Source of the DNA: Chloroflexota bacterium
Lineage (GTDB): Bacteria; Chloroflexota; Dehalococcoidia; SM23-28-2; RBG-16-64-32
Direction: 5' to 3'
Length of the DNA stretch: 63,352 nt
Assembly: GCA_036741795.1 (NCBI GenBank)
Contig: DAINRO010000001.1
Location: 1 to 63,352 of the forward strand
Shown: positions 18,853-30,161 of the stretch, one piece after another
How positions within the stretch are numbered: position 1 is the stretch's first letter
Layout of the letters: the number at the start of each line of letters is the position of its first letter
Translations under genes and position numbers: made by a program
Notes under the pieces: model-generated
The model's input: only the letters and a program-made list of their open reading frames with translations
What the model was told of the DNA's origin: nothing
Database searches by the model: none

Positions 18853-19378
18853 TGCTGGCCTCCTCGGAAAACTGGCGCCGCCGCTCAAGCACGTCCTTGG
18901 GGGACTTGAGCATGGAGAGCGCGAGCATCGTCGCCTTGACAGTGTTGGCCGGGTTGCTGCTGCCGAGTGACTTGGCAACGGCATCCTTGACGCCCGCCAT
19001 TTCGAGAACGGCGCGCACGCCACCACCGGCGATGAGGCCGGTGCCGGGGGGTGCGGGCTTGATGAGCACCTTGGAGGCGCCGAAGCGGACGAGCAGTGGA
19101 TGAGGGATGGTTGTCCCGTTCATTGGCACGGTGATCATGTGCTTCTTGGCTACGGTGACGGCCTTACGGATGGATTCCGGAACTTCGGTTGCCTTGGCAA
19201 GCGCTGCGCCGACGTGGCCTTCCATATCGCCGACGACTACGACGGCTGTGAAGTGGAAGCGGCGGCCACCCTTCATCACTTTGGCGACGCGGTTGATGAA
19301 GACCACCTTCTCCTGGACCTCGGTCTCAGTGACGACGGCCCGTTCCTTGGTGGCGATGTACTTGCGTGGATTGGACAT
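18842..19378 (-). CDS. rpsE: 30S ribosomal protein S5
   Basis: 178 aa. Contains [26 protein letters not shown]. Confidence 0.95.
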   Translation of the reverse strand: MSNPRKYIATKERAVVTETEVQEKVVFINRVAKVMKGGRRFHFTAVVVVGDMEGHVGAALAKATEVPESIRKAVTVAKKHMITVPMNGTTIPHPLLVRFGASKVLIKPAPPGTGLIAGGGVRAVLEMAGVKDAVAKSLGSSNPANTVKATMLALSMLKSPKDVLERRRQFSEEASIGR

Positions 19379-19392
19379 AGTAAATTTCCCCG

Positions 19393-19764
19393 CTAGAAGC
19401 TGAGGCCTCCCTTGCGCGCGGCCTCGGCCAGAGCTTTAACGCGGCCGTGGTATTTGAATCCACCGCGGTCGAAGACCACGGTCTTTATCCCCTTCTCTTT
19501 GGCGCGCTTCGCAAGCGCTTCGCCGACGACTTCGGCAACCGCGCTCTTGTTCTTGTCGCCCCTCACCCCGGCCTTCACGTCCTTCTCGGTGTCAGAGGCG
19601 GCAACAAGGGTATGGTGCTCGGAATCATCGATGATCTGCGCGTAGATGTGATTGAGGCTGCGAAACACGGCGAGTCGGGGTCGCTCTGGCGTGCCGGTCA
19701 CGGAGTGGCGGACGCGGATGTGGCGCCGGACCCGTCCTGCGCGGCCTGTCTTGTTACCCTTCAT
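19393..19764 (-). CDS. rplR: 50S ribosomal protein L18
   Basis: 123 aa. Contains [19 protein letters not shown] and [22 protein letters not shown]. Confidence 0.95.
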   Translation of the reverse strand: MKGNKTGRAGRVRRHIRVRHSVTGTPERPRLAVFRSLNHIYAQIIDDSEHHTLVAASDTEKDVKAGVRGDKNKSAVAEVVGEALAKRAKEKGIKTVVFDRGGFKYHGRVKALAEAARKGGLSF

Positions 19765-19766
19765 GG

Positions 19767-20312
19767 CTATGCTGCTGCCTTACCGGCCTTACCGGCCTTG
19801 CGGCGAACGTACTCGCCTTCGTAGCGGATCCCCTTACCCTTGTAGGGCTCGGGGGGCCTGATCTTGCGGATATCGGCGGCGGTCTGCCCGACCTGCTCCT
19901 TGCTGGCGCCCTTGACTATGATCTTAGACGTGCCGTCAACCTCGAAATCGATATTGGATGGGGGTGGAATCTCGACGGGGTGGGAGAAGCCGATGTTGAG
20001 AACCAGGTTCTTGCCCTGCATCTGTGCTCGATAGCCGACACCGTGCATTTCCAGGGTGCGGGAGAAGCCCTCGCTGACGCCCACGACCATGTTGGAGACG
20101 AGCGTCCGGTAGAGCCCGTGCATGGAACGATGACGGGGCTGGTCGGAGGGACGGGTCACGAGCAACTGACCGTCCTCCTGGGCAAGCTTGATGTCGGGGT
20201 CGATCTGCTGAGACAGCTCACCCTTCGGACCCTTGACGGTGACCAGGCTGCCGTCAACTTTGACCTCGACGCCTCGCGGTACGGGAATTGGGTTCTTTCC
20301 TACACGTGACAT
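19767..20312 (-). CDS. rplF: 50S ribosomal protein L6
   Basis: 181 aa, [19 protein letters not shown]... Confidence 0.95.
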   Translation of the reverse strand: MSRVGKNPIPVPRGVEVKVDGSLVTVKGPKGELSQQIDPDIKLAQEDGQLLVTRPSDQPRHRSMHGLYRTLVSNMVVGVSEGFSRTLEMHGVGYRAQMQGKNLVLNIGFSHPVEIPPPSNIDFEVDGTSKIIVKGASKEQVGQTAADIRKIRPPEPYKGKGIRYEGEYVRRKAGKAGKAAA

Positions 20313-20316
20313 TGGA

Positions 20317-20712
20317 TTACCAAATGTAGCAGAGGACTTCGCCGCCCACTCCGCGCTGCCGCGCGTCCTTTCCTGTCATTACACCCTGTGGCGTGGAGAG
20401 GATAGCGATGCCGAGCCCTCCGTAGACGCGGGGGATCTCACCGGCCGCGGTGTAAACGCGGAGGCCCGGCTTGCTGACGCGGTCGAGACCGCTGATGGCA
20501 GGGTCTTGTTTGCCGGTGTAGGCGAGGTGGACGCGGATAAACCCCTTGACGCCTTCCTTCTTGACCTCGATGCCCTTGACGTAGCCCTCCTTCTTGAGGA
20601 CCTCCGCCACACCCACCTTCACGTTGGAATGGGGGATATCCGCGTAATCGTGACGCGCGGTCTGCGCGTTACGGATTCGCGTGAGCATGTCGGCGATTGG
20701 ATCAGTGACCAT
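20317..20712 (-). CDS. rpsH: 30S ribosomal protein S8
   Basis: 131 aa, [16 protein letters not shown]...GGEVLCYIW. Confidence 0.95.
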   Translation of the reverse strand: MVTDPIADMLTRIRNAQTARHDYADIPHSNVKVGVAEVLKKEGYVKGIEVKKEGVKGFIRVHLAYTGKQDPAISGLDRVSKPGLRVYTAAGEIPRVYGGLGIAILSTPQGVMTGKDARQRGVGGEVLCYIW

Positions 20713-20718
20713 GACGAT

Positions 20719-20907
20719 TTACCAACTGGACTTCTTGACGCCGGGCAACTGCCCGAGCAGCGCGTGCTGCCGGAAGCAGATGCGACAGAGCGCAAACTTG
20801 CGGATGTAAGCGCGAGGCCGTCCGCAGAGGCGGCAGCGATTGCGGCGCCGGGTTGAGAACTTCGCCACTTTGTTGAAGGTCGCTTCGTAGAGGGCTTTTC
20901 GGGTCAA
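20719..20907 (-). CDS. rpsN: 30S ribosomal protein S14 type Z (Zn-binding)
   Basis: Track ORF trimmed to TTG at 20907-20905, 4 nt after the rplE stop: (M)[61 protein letters not shown]. Confidence 0.85.
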   Translation of the reverse strand: MTRKALYEATFNKVAKFSTRRRNRCRLCGRPRAYIRKFALCRICFRQHALLGQLPGVKKSSW

Positions 20908-20911
20908 GGGA

Positions 20912-21472
20912 CTAACCTCGCTTGGCGAACGGCATCCCGAGTAGCTCAAGCAAACGCTTGGCCTCCTCGTCCGTCTTTGCTGTGGTGGAAATTGTGATCT
21001 GCATGCCGCGGACCTTGTCGATCTTGTCGTATTCGATCTCCGGAAAAATGACTTGCTCGCGAATTCCCATGCTATAGTTCCCGCGGCCGTCGAAGGAGTT
21101 GGGCGAAACGCCCTGGAAATCGCGGATGCGGGGAAGGGTGGCGTTGAGCAGTCGATCCAGGAACTCCCACATCCGGCTTCCCCGAAGCGTCACCGTGACA
21201 CCGATCGGCATCCCTTCGCGAAGTTTGAAGTTGGAGATGGACTTCTTGGCGCGCGTGATCACCGGGTGCTGGCCGGTGATGGTCTCGATGTCGGACGTGG
21301 CGGAGTCAAGGGCCTTGGCGTTCGCGATGGCTTCGCCGAGACCGATGTTCAGGTTTGTCTTGACCAGCCGCGGCGCTTGCATGACGTTGCCGTAGTTAAA
21401 CTCCTTCACCAACGCAGGAACGATCTCCTGGTTGTATCTCTCTTTGAGTCTTGGCAGCGATTGGGTAGTCAC
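20912..21472 (-). CDS. rplE: 50S ribosomal protein L5
   Basis: 186 aa. Contains [19 protein letters not shown] and [14 protein letters not shown]. Confidence 0.95.
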   Translation of the reverse strand: MTTQSLPRLKERYNQEIVPALVKEFNYGNVMQAPRLVKTNLNIGLGEAIANAKALDSATSDIETITGQHPVITRAKKSISNFKLREGMPIGVTVTLRGSRMWEFLDRLLNATLPRIRDFQGVSPNSFDGRGNYSMGIREQVIFPEIEYDKIDKVRGMQITISTTAKTDEEAKRLLELLGMPFAKRG

Positions 21473-21486
21473 TTAGATATCCTCGT

Positions 21487-21834
21487 TTAGTCGACGTTTG
21501 TGTCGCAGTGTTTGCAGTACCGTACTTTGCGGCCATCAGCAAGTGATCGGAACCCGACGCGGGAGGGCCGGTTGCATGACACGCATAGGATCGCGACATT
21601 GGCGGCGGAGATGAGCGACTCGCGCTCGATGATGCCGCCGGGGCTCTGTGGGCCCCTTGGCCGCTGGTGCTTTTTGACCATGTTAACGCCTGTGACGATT
21701 ACGCGCGTGCACTTGTAGTGGCCGTGCTGATCGGTCTTCTTGCCTTCGGGCAGGACTTTACGGACCTGGCCGATCCGGCCACGGTCCTTGCCCTTGGTCA
21801 CGATTACGTTGTCGTCTCGCCTAATCTTCTGCAC
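21487..21834 (-). CDS. rplX: 50S ribosomal protein L24 (with C-terminal CxxC...CxxC)
   Basis: 115 aa. KOW motif [15 protein letters not shown]. The C-terminus [10 protein letters not shown]...YCKHCDTNV resembles Thermus-type L24. Confidence 0.92.
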   Translation of the reverse strand: MQKIRRDDNVIVTKGKDRGRIGQVRKVLPEGKKTDQHGHYKCTRVIVTGVNMVKKHQRPRGPQSPGGIIERESLISAANVAILCVSCNRPSRVGFRSLADGRKVRYCKHCDTNVD

Positions 21835-21837
21835 TTC

Positions 21838-22206
21838 TCACACCACTTCCGGGGCCAAGGAAACAATCTTCATGAAATTGCGTTCGCGGAGTTCGCGGGC
21901 GACGGGGCCAAAGATTCGAGTGCCACGCGGATTCTGAGTGTCCGCGAGGACAACGGCGGCGTTCTCATCGAACTTGATGTAGGATCCGTCGTTCCGGCGC
22001 CAGCCCTGAGCGGCACGGACGACGACAGCGCGAACGACTTCGCCCTTCTTCACACCGCCGCCGGGGGCCGCTTGCTTGACCGAGGCGACGATGGTGTCGC
22101 CGACGGTGCCATAGCGGCGACGAGATCCGCCCATGACCTGGATGACCATGAGCTGCTTGGCACCCGAGTTATCCGCCACCCGCAATCGCGAGTACTGCTG
22201 GATCAT
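21838..22206 (-). CDS. rplN: 50S ribosomal protein L14
   Basis: 122 aa, [17 protein letters not shown]... Confidence 0.96.
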   Translation of the reverse strand: MIQQYSRLRVADNSGAKQLMVIQVMGGSRRRYGTVGDTIVASVKQAAPGGGVKKGEVVRAVVVRAAQGWRRNDGSYIKFDENAAVVLADTQNPRGTRIFGPVARELRERNFMKIVSLAPEVV

Positions 22207-22802
22207 TTCGGCTCCTCGTCATCAGTTGGTTCTTCTACAGGTTCGGCGTCTTCTTCTAGAGCCTCGTCAGCGTCGGGCTTATCAGTCGTAGTATCGGCTT
22301 CAGCTTCCGGAGCCACATCTTCTGCCTCGTCCGGCGCGCCGGCTTCTGGCTCAACTTCTTCTTCGACTGCGGCCGCATCTTCCGTTGGCGCATCAACCGC
22401 TTCCGGTTCTTCTGCTTCCCGGGCTTCTTCGCTTGCAGCCGCAGACGGGGCTTCCACGGGCGCCTCTTCCTCTACCTCCGGCTTCACTTCGCCGATGATT
22501 TCGAGGTCGATCGATTCAGGCGCGACTTCTGGTAGTTCGGCCTTTTCGAGCACTTCGATTACGCCCCATCTCTTGTGCTTCGAGACAGGAGAGATCTCTA
22601 CGATTCGGACGACATCACCCAGCTTCGTCTCGCCGGACTCGTCGTGGGCCATGAACTTGCGTACACGGCGGATCGTCTTCTTGTAGAGCGGGTGGCGGCG
22701 GCTGGTCTGGACAGCAACAACGACGGTGTTCTCCATCTTGTCGCTGACGACGGTGCCTTCGCGGGTCTTGCGGCCGCCATAGATGCCTTTTCCGGCGGTC
22801 AT
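22203..22802 (-). CDS. rpsQ: 30S ribosomal protein S17, with ~110-aa acidic C-terminal tail
   Basis: 199 aa. The S17 core ([42 protein letters not shown]...) ends near aa 88, followed by an E/A/P/D-rich tail. Confidence 0.93.
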   Translation of the reverse strand: MTAGKGIYGGRKTREGTVVSDKMENTVVVAVQTSRRHPLYKKTIRRVRKFMAHDESGETKLGDVVRIVEISPVSKHKRWGVIEVLEKAELPEVAPESIDLEIIGEVKPEVEEEAPVEAPSAAASEEAREAEEPEAVDAPTEDAAAVEEEVEPEAGAPDEAEDVAPEAEADTTTDKPDADEALEEDAEPVEEPTDDEEPK

Positions 22803-23035
22803 GACGTGCCTCCGGGGTTGGCCTGAGCGATCAGCTCTCGTTGGCGCTGGATCGTCTTCAGTCGGGCGACGTTGCGGCGCATGCGTGGGATCTCGCGGTG
22901 GTTCTGCAGCTGGAGTGTCTCCCGCTTCAGGCTCAACGCGAACAGTCCCCGGTACGACTCGTCGATCTGCTTCTGGAGGTCGGCGTCAGACAGCTTCCGG
23001 ATGTCGTCGGTCTTTGTCTTGATCTTCTTAGCCAT
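22799..23035 (-). CDS. rpmC: 50S ribosomal protein L29
   Basis: 78 aa. L29-type helical protein (IRKLSDADLQKQIDESYRGLFALSLK) in the conserved slot. Confidence 0.9.
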   Translation of the reverse strand: MAKKIKTKTDDIRKLSDADLQKQIDESYRGLFALSLKRETLQLQNHREIPRMRRNVARLKTIQRQRELIAQANPGGTS

Positions 23036-23037
23036 GT

Positions 23038-23451
23038 CTAACCTTCGGTCCTCACGACGAACCGCGTGGGGATGGGGAGCTTCTGGGCGGCAAGGCGCAG
23101 AGCCTCACGGGCGATGTCCTCTTTGACCCCTGACATCTCGTAGATGATGCGTCCGGGCTTGACGACGCAGACCCAGGCTTCAACCGGGCCCTTGCCGCTG
23201 CCCTGGCGCACTTCCAGGGGTTTCTTGGTAATCGGCTTGTCAGGGTAAACACGGAGCCAGACCTTGCCACCACGGCGGATATAACGCGTGATTGCTCGCC
23301 TCCCGGCCTCGATCTGGCGGGCCGTCATCCAGGTGGGGCCAAGGGCCTGGAGGCCAAAGTCCCCGAAGGCGATGGTGCTGCCAACATGCGCCATGCCGCG
23401 CATGCGGCCACGGTGTGTCTTGCGGAACTTGGTACGTTTAGGCTGAAGCAT
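23038..23451 (-). CDS. rplP: 50S ribosomal protein L16
   Basis: 137 aa, [19 protein letters not shown]... Confidence 0.96.
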   Translation of the reverse strand: MLQPKRTKFRKTHRGRMRGMAHVGSTIAFGDFGLQALGPTWMTARQIEAGRRAITRYIRRGGKVWLRVYPDKPITKKPLEVRQGSGKGPVEAWVCVVKPGRIIYEMSGVKEDIAREALRLAAQKLPIPTRFVVRTEG

Positions 23452-24316
23452 CGGTCGCGGCTTCCTTCGTGGTGGTTTCCGTTTCTGGTTCGGCAGTCTC
23501 CGGCTCGGCCGTCGCTTCGCCCTCGGGAGCTTCCACAGCCGCTTCGGCCTCAGGAGTCACCTCAGCTGCCGGCTCTGCCTCGGGAGCGCCCTCTTCGGTG
23601 GTCGCCTCGGTCGCGGCCGCCTCCTCGATCCCTTCTTCGCCTTCGGCGGCCTCCAGAGCGCTGGCGCGAGCAGCACGGCGGCGCTCCCGCTCGTCCTCAG
23701 CGTCGCCCTTGTAGATCCAGACCTTGACACCGATACGGCCCAGCGTAGTGCGGGCTTCAGAGGTGCCGTAGTCGACGTTTGCCTTCAGGGTTTGAAGGGG
23801 GACCCGGCCCTGCCGCTCCTTGTCGGTGCGGGACATGTCCGCACCTCCAAGGCGGCCGCTAATCTTGATGCGGATTCCCTGGGCGCCGCGCTGCATGGCG
23901 CGCATGGCGGCCTGTTTGATCGCGCGGCGGTGGGCGACGCGGCGCTCTATCTGCTCGGCGATGGCGCGAGCGACGAGCGGCGCTTCGATCTCGGGAATGC
24001 GGATCTCGTTGATGTTGACGCGAATCTTGCGACCGGTGATGCCTTCCAGGTTGGTGCGGAGTTCATCGACGCGCTGGCCGCCGCGGCCGATAACGATGCC
24101 AGGGCGAGCCGTGTAGATGCTCACCGTTACCTGGTTGGTGTTGCGCTCGATTTCGACGCGCGAGATGCCAGCGTCGGGCAACCCCTTCTTGATAGACGCC
24201 CGGATCGCCAGGTCCTCGTGCAGAAGTTCTGTGTAGGTGCGGTCGGCGAACCACTTGCTGTTCCAGTCGTAGATATAGCCGAGGCGGAAGCCGTGGGGGT
24301 GTACTTTCTGGCCCAT
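23438..24316 (-). CDS. rpsC: 30S ribosomal protein S3, with ~85-aa acidic C-terminal tail
   Basis: 292 aa. [13 protein letters not shown]...KH domain...[10 protein letters not shown], followed by an E/A/T/P-rich tail. Confidence 0.94.
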   Translation of the reverse strand: MGQKVHPHGFRLGYIYDWNSKWFADRTYTELLHEDLAIRASIKKGLPDAGISRVEIERNTNQVTVSIYTARPGIVIGRGGQRVDELRTNLEGITGRKIRVNINEIRIPEIEAPLVARAIAEQIERRVAHRRAIKQAAMRAMQRGAQGIRIKISGRLGGADMSRTDKERQGRVPLQTLKANVDYGTSEARTTLGRIGVKVWIYKGDAEDERERRRAARASALEAAEGEEGIEEAAATEATTEEGAPEAEPAAEVTPEAEAAVEAPEGEATAEPETAEPETETTTKEAATDASA

Positions 24317-24657
24317 TAGTTCCCTGCCTCGTCCACTACGATGGTGATGTTGCTCTTGCGGCGGCGCATTATGTCGCCTCGTCCGCGAGCCCTGGGGATC
24401 ATGCGACGGACACGCTCTGCCTCGCCTACCCAGGCGCGGGTGATGCGGAGGTAACGAGGGTCCATGCTGTAGTTGTTCTCAGCGTTGGCAGCGGCGGAGC
24501 GCACTGTCTTGGCGACGAGCCGCGCGTGCGGCGACGGCATGAAGCGAAGCAGCGCCATCGCCTCATCGACGCGCTTGCCCCGGACTTCGTCCAGGATGAT
24601 GCGCATCTTCTTGGGCGCTACGGGCGCGCTGCGTGAGAAGGCTCGTACGGCGACCAT
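24316..24657 (-). CDS. rplV: 50S ribosomal protein L22
   Basis: Track ORF 24316-24852 trimmed to ATG at 24657: [41 protein letters not shown]... (113 aa). The longer version would overlap all of rpsS. Confidence 0.9.
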   Translation of the reverse strand: MVAVRAFSRSAPVAPKKMRIILDEVRGKRVDEAMALLRFMPSPHARLVAKTVRSAAANAENNYSMDPRYLRITRAWVGEAERVRRMIPRARGRGDIMRRRKSNITIVVDEAGN

Positions 24658-24659
24658 GT

Positions 24660-24950
24660 TTACTTCTTTCGGACTCCGGCGGTTTGGGCTGATTTGCTCG
24701 TGTGGCCGCGGAAGGTGCGGGTCGGCGCGAATTCGCCGAGTTTGTGGCCGACCATGTTCTCCGTTATGAAGACAGGGACGTGACGTCGTCCATCGTGAAC
24801 GGCGATCGTGAGGCCGACCATGTCCGGGAGGATCGTGGACCGGCGCGACCACGTCTTAATTACGGCCTTTTGGCCGGAAGCGGTGATCGCCGCAACCTTC
24901 TTCAGGAGGTGGTCGTCGGCGAAGGGTCCCTTCTTTGTTGATCGTGACAT
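24660..24950 (-). CDS. rpsS: 30S ribosomal protein S19
   Basis: 96 aa, [18 protein letters not shown]...[16 protein letters not shown]. Confidence 0.96.
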   Translation of the reverse strand: MSRSTKKGPFADDHLLKKVAAITASGQKAVIKTWSRRSTILPDMVGLTIAVHDGRRHVPVFITENMVGHKLGEFAPTRTFRGHTSKSAQTAGVRKK

Positions 24951-25780
24951 TAGACCTGGAACCTCCTCCGGACGATGTACTTGTTTGTGTCTTTGCGGCG
25001 GCGCGTGCGGGCGCCAAGAGCTGGCTTGCCCCAGGGCGTCTTCGGTCCCGGCATGCCGATTGGTGCGCGGCCTTCGCCACCACCGTGCGGGTGGTCAACG
25101 GGGTTCATCACCGAGCCACGGACGGACGGACGGCGACCCATGTTGCGCTTGCGGCCGGCGCGACCGAGTTTGATCTGGCTGTGCTCAACGTTACCGACCT
25201 GGCCGACCGTGGCCATGCAGTCGGCGAGGATACGGCGTACCTCGCCCGAAGGGAGGCGCACGGTGGCGTAGTCTTCATCGCGGCCCAGTAGTTGGGCGGA
25301 GCCGCCGGCGCCTCTGACGAGCTGGGCACCCTTGCCAAGGTAGAGTTCGAGATTGTGGATGACGGTGCCAGAGGGCATGTTCTTGAGTGGCAGGGCATTG
25401 CCCGGCTTGATTTCCGCATCCGGACCGGACATGACGGAGTCGCCGACCTTGAGGCCAACAGGCCAGATGATGTAACGCTTTTCGCCGTCCGCGTAGTTGA
25501 TGAGGGCGATGCGGGCGGTGCGGTTCGGATCGTACTCAATTGTCGCGACCTTGCCGGGGATGCCGTGCTTGTCGCGCTTGAAATCGATGATGCGGAATCG
25601 GCGCTTGTGGCCGCCGCCACGGTGGCGAACCGTAATCTTACCCTGGTTGTTGCGGCCCGCCGTCTTCTTGAGCGGAGCGAGCAGGGTTTTTTCCGGCTTC
25701 TTCGTCGTGATTTCGTCGAAAGAGTAGCCGGTGGCGGCGCGACGGCCGGGGGATGTGGGCTTGTACTGTCTGACGGCCAT
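24950..25780 (-). CDS. rplB: 50S ribosomal protein L2
   Basis: 276 aa. Contains [19 protein letters not shown] and [13 protein letters not shown]. Confidence 0.97.
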   Translation of the reverse strand: MAVRQYKPTSPGRRAATGYSFDEITTKKPEKTLLAPLKKTAGRNNQGKITVRHRGGGHKRRFRIIDFKRDKHGIPGKVATIEYDPNRTARIALINYADGEKRYIIWPVGLKVGDSVMSGPDAEIKPGNALPLKNMPSGTVIHNLELYLGKGAQLVRGAGGSAQLLGRDEDYATVRLPSGEVRRILADCMATVGQVGNVEHSQIKLGRAGRKRNMGRRPSVRGSVMNPVDHPHGGGEGRAPIGMPGPKTPWGKPALGARTRRRKDTNKYIVRRRFQV

Positions 25781-25783
25781 CTC

Positions 25784-26089
25784 TTACATACCCTCGAACA
25801 GTTCTAGCTTGTCGTCGGGGTGAAGCGTGACAACTGCCTTCTTCCAGTCACTCTTGTGCTTGATGCGGTTACCGCGGACTCTGTAGGGCTTGCCCTTCAT
25901 CACCATGATATTGACGGCAGTGACGCGGACGTTTTCGGGGAAGCCCTTCTCGACCGCTTCCTTGACCTGGGTCTTGTTGGCGTGTGCCTGCACCTCGAAC
26001 GCGTACTTGTTCTCACCGTGGAGGCGCGTCGCCTTTTCAGTGATAAGCGGACGGACGAGGACGGACAGGGGGTTGAGCGCTTTAGCCAT
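25784..26089 (-). CDS. rplW: 50S ribosomal protein L23
   Basis: 101 aa. Contains RPLITEKATRL and YAFEVQAHANKTQVKEAVEK. Confidence 0.94.
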   Translation of the reverse strand: MAKALNPLSVLVRPLITEKATRLHGENKYAFEVQAHANKTQVKEAVEKGFPENVRVTAVNIMVMKGKPYRVRGNRIKHKSDWKKAVVTLHPDDKLELFEGM

Positions 26090-27076
26090 CTACTCTGTCC
26101 CCTCGGTCTTCTTCGTTGTTCGGCGTTTTGGCTTATCGGCGTCGGTCGCGTCCGCCTTTTTGGCCGTAGCGCGGGGCTTTTTGGCGGCAGGTTTTGCAGC
26201 TGCTTTGGGCTTAGCGGCTGCCTTTGGCTTTGCGGCGGCTTTCGGCTTCGCCGCGGCCTTCGGTGCTTCGGCCTCGGGGGCCTCGACGGCGGCCTTGGTC
26301 TTTGGGGCAGCCTTGCGCTTGGGCTCAGGTGCGGCTTCGGTCTCGGCAGGTGCTTCGGCGACGACAGGCTCGGGCTCAGCTTCGGCCCTCGCCGGGGCGG
26401 CCTTCTTGCCGTCGCGGGTGGGCGCTTTTGCGGCGGGCTTCGCTGGCTTTTCCTTGATGGCCCAGAGGCCCTCGGCGACGCGGACAGCCTGCTCGGTCAT
26501 GAGGAGGCCGGCGTGGTTCATCATGTCGCCCACGTTGAGGTTGGCGGCGGGTAGTGATTGCACTTTGTGGAGGTTGCGGACGCTGGCAAGGACGGTCCGG
26601 TCGGGCTCGCCGGTGATGACGAGAGCAGACCGGTTGAAGCCGACGTTGCCGAGGATTCGCAGGACCTCTTTGGTCTGGGGTTGGTCCAGAGAGACGTCGT
26701 CGATGATGACGAGCTGTCCATGAGCCACCTTGCCGGACAGCGCCGATCGTATGGCCAAACGCCGCATCTTCTTGGGCATGTCCTGGCTGTAGTCGCGAGG
26801 ACGCGGCCCGAAGATGGTGCCACCACCGACGCGGGTCGGCGAGCGGTTGCTGCCCTGGCGGGCGCGGCCTGTGTACTTCTGCATGCGAATTTTGCGCGTA
26901 CTGCCCTGGACCTCGCCTCGCGTCTTGGTGTTAGAGGTACCGGCGCGCTGGTTGGCGCGCTGGCGGACGTAGGCCTGGTGTAGGACGGCGGTGTTGGGCT
27001 CGATCCCGAAGACGCTGTCGTCGACGTCGAGCTTGCGGAGTTCCTTGCCCTCGGCGTTCAGGACGGGAAGTTTCAC
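26090..27076 (-). CDS. rplD: 50S ribosomal protein L4, with ~120-aa A/K/P/E-rich C-terminal tail
   Basis: 328 aa. The L4 core ([31 protein letters not shown]..., RLAIRSALS) ends near aa 206, followed by a low-complexity tail. Confidence 0.93.
   Translation of the reverse strand: MKLPVLNAEGKELRKLDVDDSVFGIEPNTAVLHQAYVRQRANQRAGTSNTKTRGEVQGSTRKIRMQKYTGRARQGSNRSPTRVGGGTIFGPRPRDYSQDMPKKMRRLAIRSALSGKVAHGQLVIIDDVSLDQPQTKEVLRILGNVGFNRSALVITGEPDRTVLASVRNLHKVQSLPAANLNVGDMMNHAGLLMTEQAVRVAEGLWAIKEKPAKPAAKAPTRDGKKAAPARAEAEPEPVVAEAPAETEAAPEPKRKAAPKTKAAVEAPEAEAPKAAAKPKAAAKPKAAAKPKAAAKPAAKKPRATAKKADATDADKPKRRTTKKTEGTE
26192..26263 (-). repeat. 4 x 18-nt coding tandem repeat (peptide KAAAKP x4) inside the rplD tail
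   Basis: Protein reads [25 protein letters not shown]. The DNA units (ttttgcagctgctttggg / cttagcggctgcctttgg / ctttgcggcggctttcgg / cttcgccgcggccttcgg) differ at synonymous sites. Confidence 0.8.
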
Positions 27077-27708
27077 TTCTTCGCTCCTCCGCTTCTTGCC
27101 TTGCGCACGGTGAGGAGGATTCCCTCGTGGCCGGGGACTGCTCCGCGGACGATGAGGACGCCCCTATCGGGGTCAGACCGGATTACCTTGAGGTTCTTGG
27201 CTGTGGCGCTGCGAGTACCCATGTGGCCGGCCATCTTCTTTCCCTTGATGACACGCCCGGGGCTGGTGCCAGCACCGATGGAGCCGGGGGCACGCGCCCT
27301 GTCCGACTGGCCGTGGGTCTTGGGGCCGCCATGGAATCCGTGGCGCTTCATGACGCCCGCGAATCCGCGGCCGACGGTGTTGCCGACAACGTCCACGAAG
27401 GCGCCCTGCTCGAAGATTTCGCAGCCGACCTTCTGGCCTACTTCCCAGGCAGATATATCCTCGACCTTCATTTCGCGAAGGTACTGGAAGTTGCCGAGGT
27501 CCTTCATGTGGCCCTTTTGCGGCTTCGTGACGCGCTTGCGCTCGCCGAAGCCGACCTGGACAGATTCGTAGCCGTCCGTGTCCTTCGTCTTTACCTGGAC
27601 GACCACGTTCTGGGGGGTGGCGATGACCGTTACGGGAACGGCGTCGCCGTTTTCCTCGAAGAACTGGGTCATGCCGACCTTGCGGCCGAGGATGCCTTCG
27701 ATGCTCAT
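27073..27708 (-). CDS. rplC: 50S ribosomal protein L3
   Basis: 211 aa, [17 protein letters not shown]... Confidence 0.96.
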   Translation of the reverse strand: MSIEGILGRKVGMTQFFEENGDAVPVTVIATPQNVVVQVKTKDTDGYESVQVGFGERKRVTKPQKGHMKDLGNFQYLREMKVEDISAWEVGQKVGCEIFEQGAFVDVVGNTVGRGFAGVMKRHGFHGGPKTHGQSDRARAPGSIGAGTSPGRVIKGKKMAGHMGTRSATAKNLKVIRSDPDRGVLIVRGAVPGHEGILLTVRKARSGGAKK

Positions 27709-28013
27709 AGCTTGATCTCGATGTCGACGCCGGATGGGAGCTGGAGGCGCATGAGTGCGTCCACGGTCTTACCGGTCGGTTCGAGGATGTCGATGATCCG
27801 CTTGTGTGTGCGGATCTCGAACTGCTCCTGGGAGTCCTTATCGATGTGGGGAGAGCGGATGACGCAGAACTTCTTGATCTCGGTGGGCAGGGGGATCGGG
27901 CCGGCGACGGCGGCGCCGGTGCGCTCGGCAGCCTCGACTATATGCACCGCAGACTGGTCCAGAATGCGATGGTCGAAGGCCTTGAGCCGGATCCTGATCT
28001 TCTGCCTTGCCAT
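27705..28013 (-). CDS. rpsJ: 30S ribosomal protein S10
   Basis: 102 aa, [21 protein letters not shown]... Confidence 0.96.
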   Translation of the reverse strand: MARQKIRIRLKAFDHRILDQSAVHIVEAAERTGAAVAGPIPLPTEIKKFCVIRSPHIDKDSQEQFEIRTHKRIIDILEPTGKTVDALMRLQLPSGVDIEIKL

Positions 28014-28019
28014 CCTTGT

Positions 28020-30101
28020 TTATCTCCGCGTCGCGCCCTGCATCCGGCCGGAGACTTGCTCGGCAATCGAGTGCGGGACCTCTAGATAGTGGTCGAATTC
28101 CATCGTGTAGCTTGCCCGTCCCTGGGTTATGGAGCGCAGGGTGGTCGCGTAGCCGAAGGTCTCGGCCAGCGGCACGTGCGCTGTAATGACGCGGAGATGC
28201 CCGCGGTGGTCAACATCGGCCACCTGGCCGCGGCGAGAACTGACGTCACCGAGGACGTCTCCGAAGAACTCGTCGGGCGTGGCAATCTCCACTTTCATGA
28301 TCGGCTCCAGAAGAACGGGACGAGCCTTCTTCATCGCTTCCTGGATTCCCAGGGAGCCGGCCATCTTGAACGCCAACTCGGATGAGTCTACAGGGTGATA
28401 CGACCCATCCACAAGTTGAGCGTGAAGGTCGATGACAGGATAACCGGCAAGTACGCCCGTTTCGAGCGCTTCCTTGATGCCGTGCTCGACAGCGGGGACG
28501 AACTCTTTCGGTATGGAACCACCGACGAGCTTGTTCTCGAACTTGAAGCCGGAGCCCTTCTCCCCGGGCTCCACGTGGAGCTTGACGACACCGAACTGGC
28601 CGCGGCCACCGCTCTGGCGGACGAAGCGGCCCTCGGCGTCCGAGGGTTGCATGATCGTCTCCTTGTAGGCGACCTCCGGCCGGCCGACGTGGGCCTGCAC
28701 GTTGAACTCGCGGAGCATGCGGTCGACGATGATCTCGAGGTGAAGCTCACCCATACCGGAGATGATGGTCTGGCCGGTCTCCTGGTCGTTGCGGGCGTGG
28801 AACGTGGGGTCTTCTTCGACGAGCCGGGAAAGGACTTCGCCCATTCGCTCCTGGTCTTCCTTGGTCTTGGGTTCGATGGAGACGGAGATGACGGGCTCGG
28901 GGAACTTGATGGCCTCGAGAATCACTGGTTGGCTTTCGTCACAGAGGGTGTCTCCGGTGAAGGTATTCTTCAGGGCGACCGTCGCGGCTATCTGGCCGGC
29001 TTCTATCTCGGTCAGTTCTTCGCGGCGGTTGGAGTGCATCTTGAGAATGCGGCCGAGCCGCTCGCGGCCATCGCGGGTGCTGTTAAGGACCATCGCGCCT
29101 TGCTTGGCGACGCCGGAATAGACGCGGAAGTAAACGAGCCGACCGACATACGGGTCCGCTACGACCTTGAAGGCGAGGGCGGAGAACGGCTCGTCGTTCG
29201 TAGGCTCGCGGGTGACCTCTTCGCCTTTCTTGGTGTGGCCGGTAACGGCCGGGACTTCGATCGGAGACGGCAGGTAGTCAACGACGGCGTCGAGGAGGGG
29301 CTGCACGCCCTTGTTCTTGAGGGCGGTACCGACGAGAACGGGGTTTACGAGGCCGGCGATCGTGGCACGGCGGAGAGCCTTCTTGAGTTCTAGTGCGGTG
29401 ACTTCGTGCTGCTCGACGAAGCTGATGAGCATCTGGTCGTCGATCTCGGCGACGCCTTCGATCAGGTCTTCGCGGCGCTTCTTAGCCTCTTCCAGGTACT
29501 CAGCAGGAATTTCACCGATAACCGGCTCGAGCTCGCCTTCGGGAAAGGTGAAGGCGCGCATCTCGACGAGGTCGATGCAGCCCTTGAACTGGTCCTCGGC
29601 GCCCATCGGAATCTGGACGGCGATCGGGCGGGCGTTGAGACGCTCGCGGATCGAGTCCATCGTCTTCCAGAAGTCGGCGCCGACGCGGTCCATCTTGTTA
29701 ACGAAGCAGATGCGTGGGATGTGGTAGCGGTCGGCCTGGCGCCAGACGGTTTCCGACTGGCTCTGGACGCCGGCGACGGCATCGAAGACGACAATGCCGC
29801 CGTCGAGGACGCGGAGGCTGCGCTCCACCTCGACGGTGAAGTCGACGTGGCCTGGGGTGTCCACGATATTGATCTGGTTGTCTTTCCACGTGGTGGTGGT
29901 GGCGGCGGCGGTGATCGTGATGCCACGCTCCCGCTCCTGGGCCATCCAGTCCATGACGGCAGTGCCGGCGTCCACGTCCCCGATTTTGTACGTGATCCCC
30001 GTGTAGAAGAGGATGCGTTCGGTGACCGTGGTCTTCCCGGCATCAATGTGGGCGATAATCCCTATGTTGCGCACCCGTTCGACGGGCACAGATGTACTCA
30101 T
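28020..30101 (-). CDS. fusA: elongation factor G
   Basis: 693 aa. Contains [24 protein letters not shown] and NKMD. Confidence 0.97.
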   Translation of the reverse strand: MSTSVPVERVRNIGIIAHIDAGKTTVTERILFYTGITYKIGDVDAGTAVMDWMAQERERGITITAAATTTTWKDNQINIVDTPGHVDFTVEVERSLRVLDGGIVVFDAVAGVQSQSETVWRQADRYHIPRICFVNKMDRVGADFWKTMDSIRERLNARPIAVQIPMGAEDQFKGCIDLVEMRAFTFPEGELEPVIGEIPAEYLEEAKKRREDLIEGVAEIDDQMLISFVEQHEVTALELKKALRRATIAGLVNPVLVGTALKNKGVQPLLDAVVDYLPSPIEVPAVTGHTKKGEEVTREPTNDEPFSALAFKVVADPYVGRLVYFRVYSGVAKQGAMVLNSTRDGRERLGRILKMHSNRREELTEIEAGQIAATVALKNTFTGDTLCDESQPVILEAIKFPEPVISVSIEPKTKEDQERMGEVLSRLVEEDPTFHARNDQETGQTIISGMGELHLEIIVDRMLREFNVQAHVGRPEVAYKETIMQPSDAEGRFVRQSGGRGQFGVVKLHVEPGEKGSGFKFENKLVGGSIPKEFVPAVEHGIKEALETGVLAGYPVIDLHAQLVDGSYHPVDSSELAFKMAGSLGIQEAMKKARPVLLEPIMKVEIATPDEFFGDVLGDVSSRRGQVADVDHRGHLRVITAHVPLAETFGYATTLRSITQGRASYTMEFDHYLEVPHSIAEQVSGRMQGATRR

Positions 30102-30161
30102 GGTGCTCCTGCTGCTTCCGTGAGGAAGGCTAGATTAGCGCGTCTGTCATGGCCCGGCCGC

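Noticed and set aside
21487-21600. CxxC...CxxC at the C-terminus of L24, plus Zn-type S14, L33 and L36, considered as something novel.
   Set aside because: Zn-ribbon forms of these r-proteins (C+ paralogues, Thermus-type L24) are well known. This is a lineage feature, not a new system.
24658-24852. Extended version of the rplV ORF (178 aa). Extended versions also exist for rpmD (18853-19026), rpsN (20908-20949) and the yqeY-like gene (33750-33785).
   Set aside because: The extensions overlap the upstream r-protein genes and have no homology. Conserved N-termini and RBS positions support the shorter models.
26100-26460. Repetitive GC-rich DNA in the L4 tail (and the S17 and S3 tails), considered as a possible CRISPR array or non-coding tandem-repeat array.
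   Set aside because: The repeats are 18 nt, in frame and imperfect at synonymous sites only. There is no repeat-spacer periodicity and no cas genes, so they are coding low-complexity sequence.
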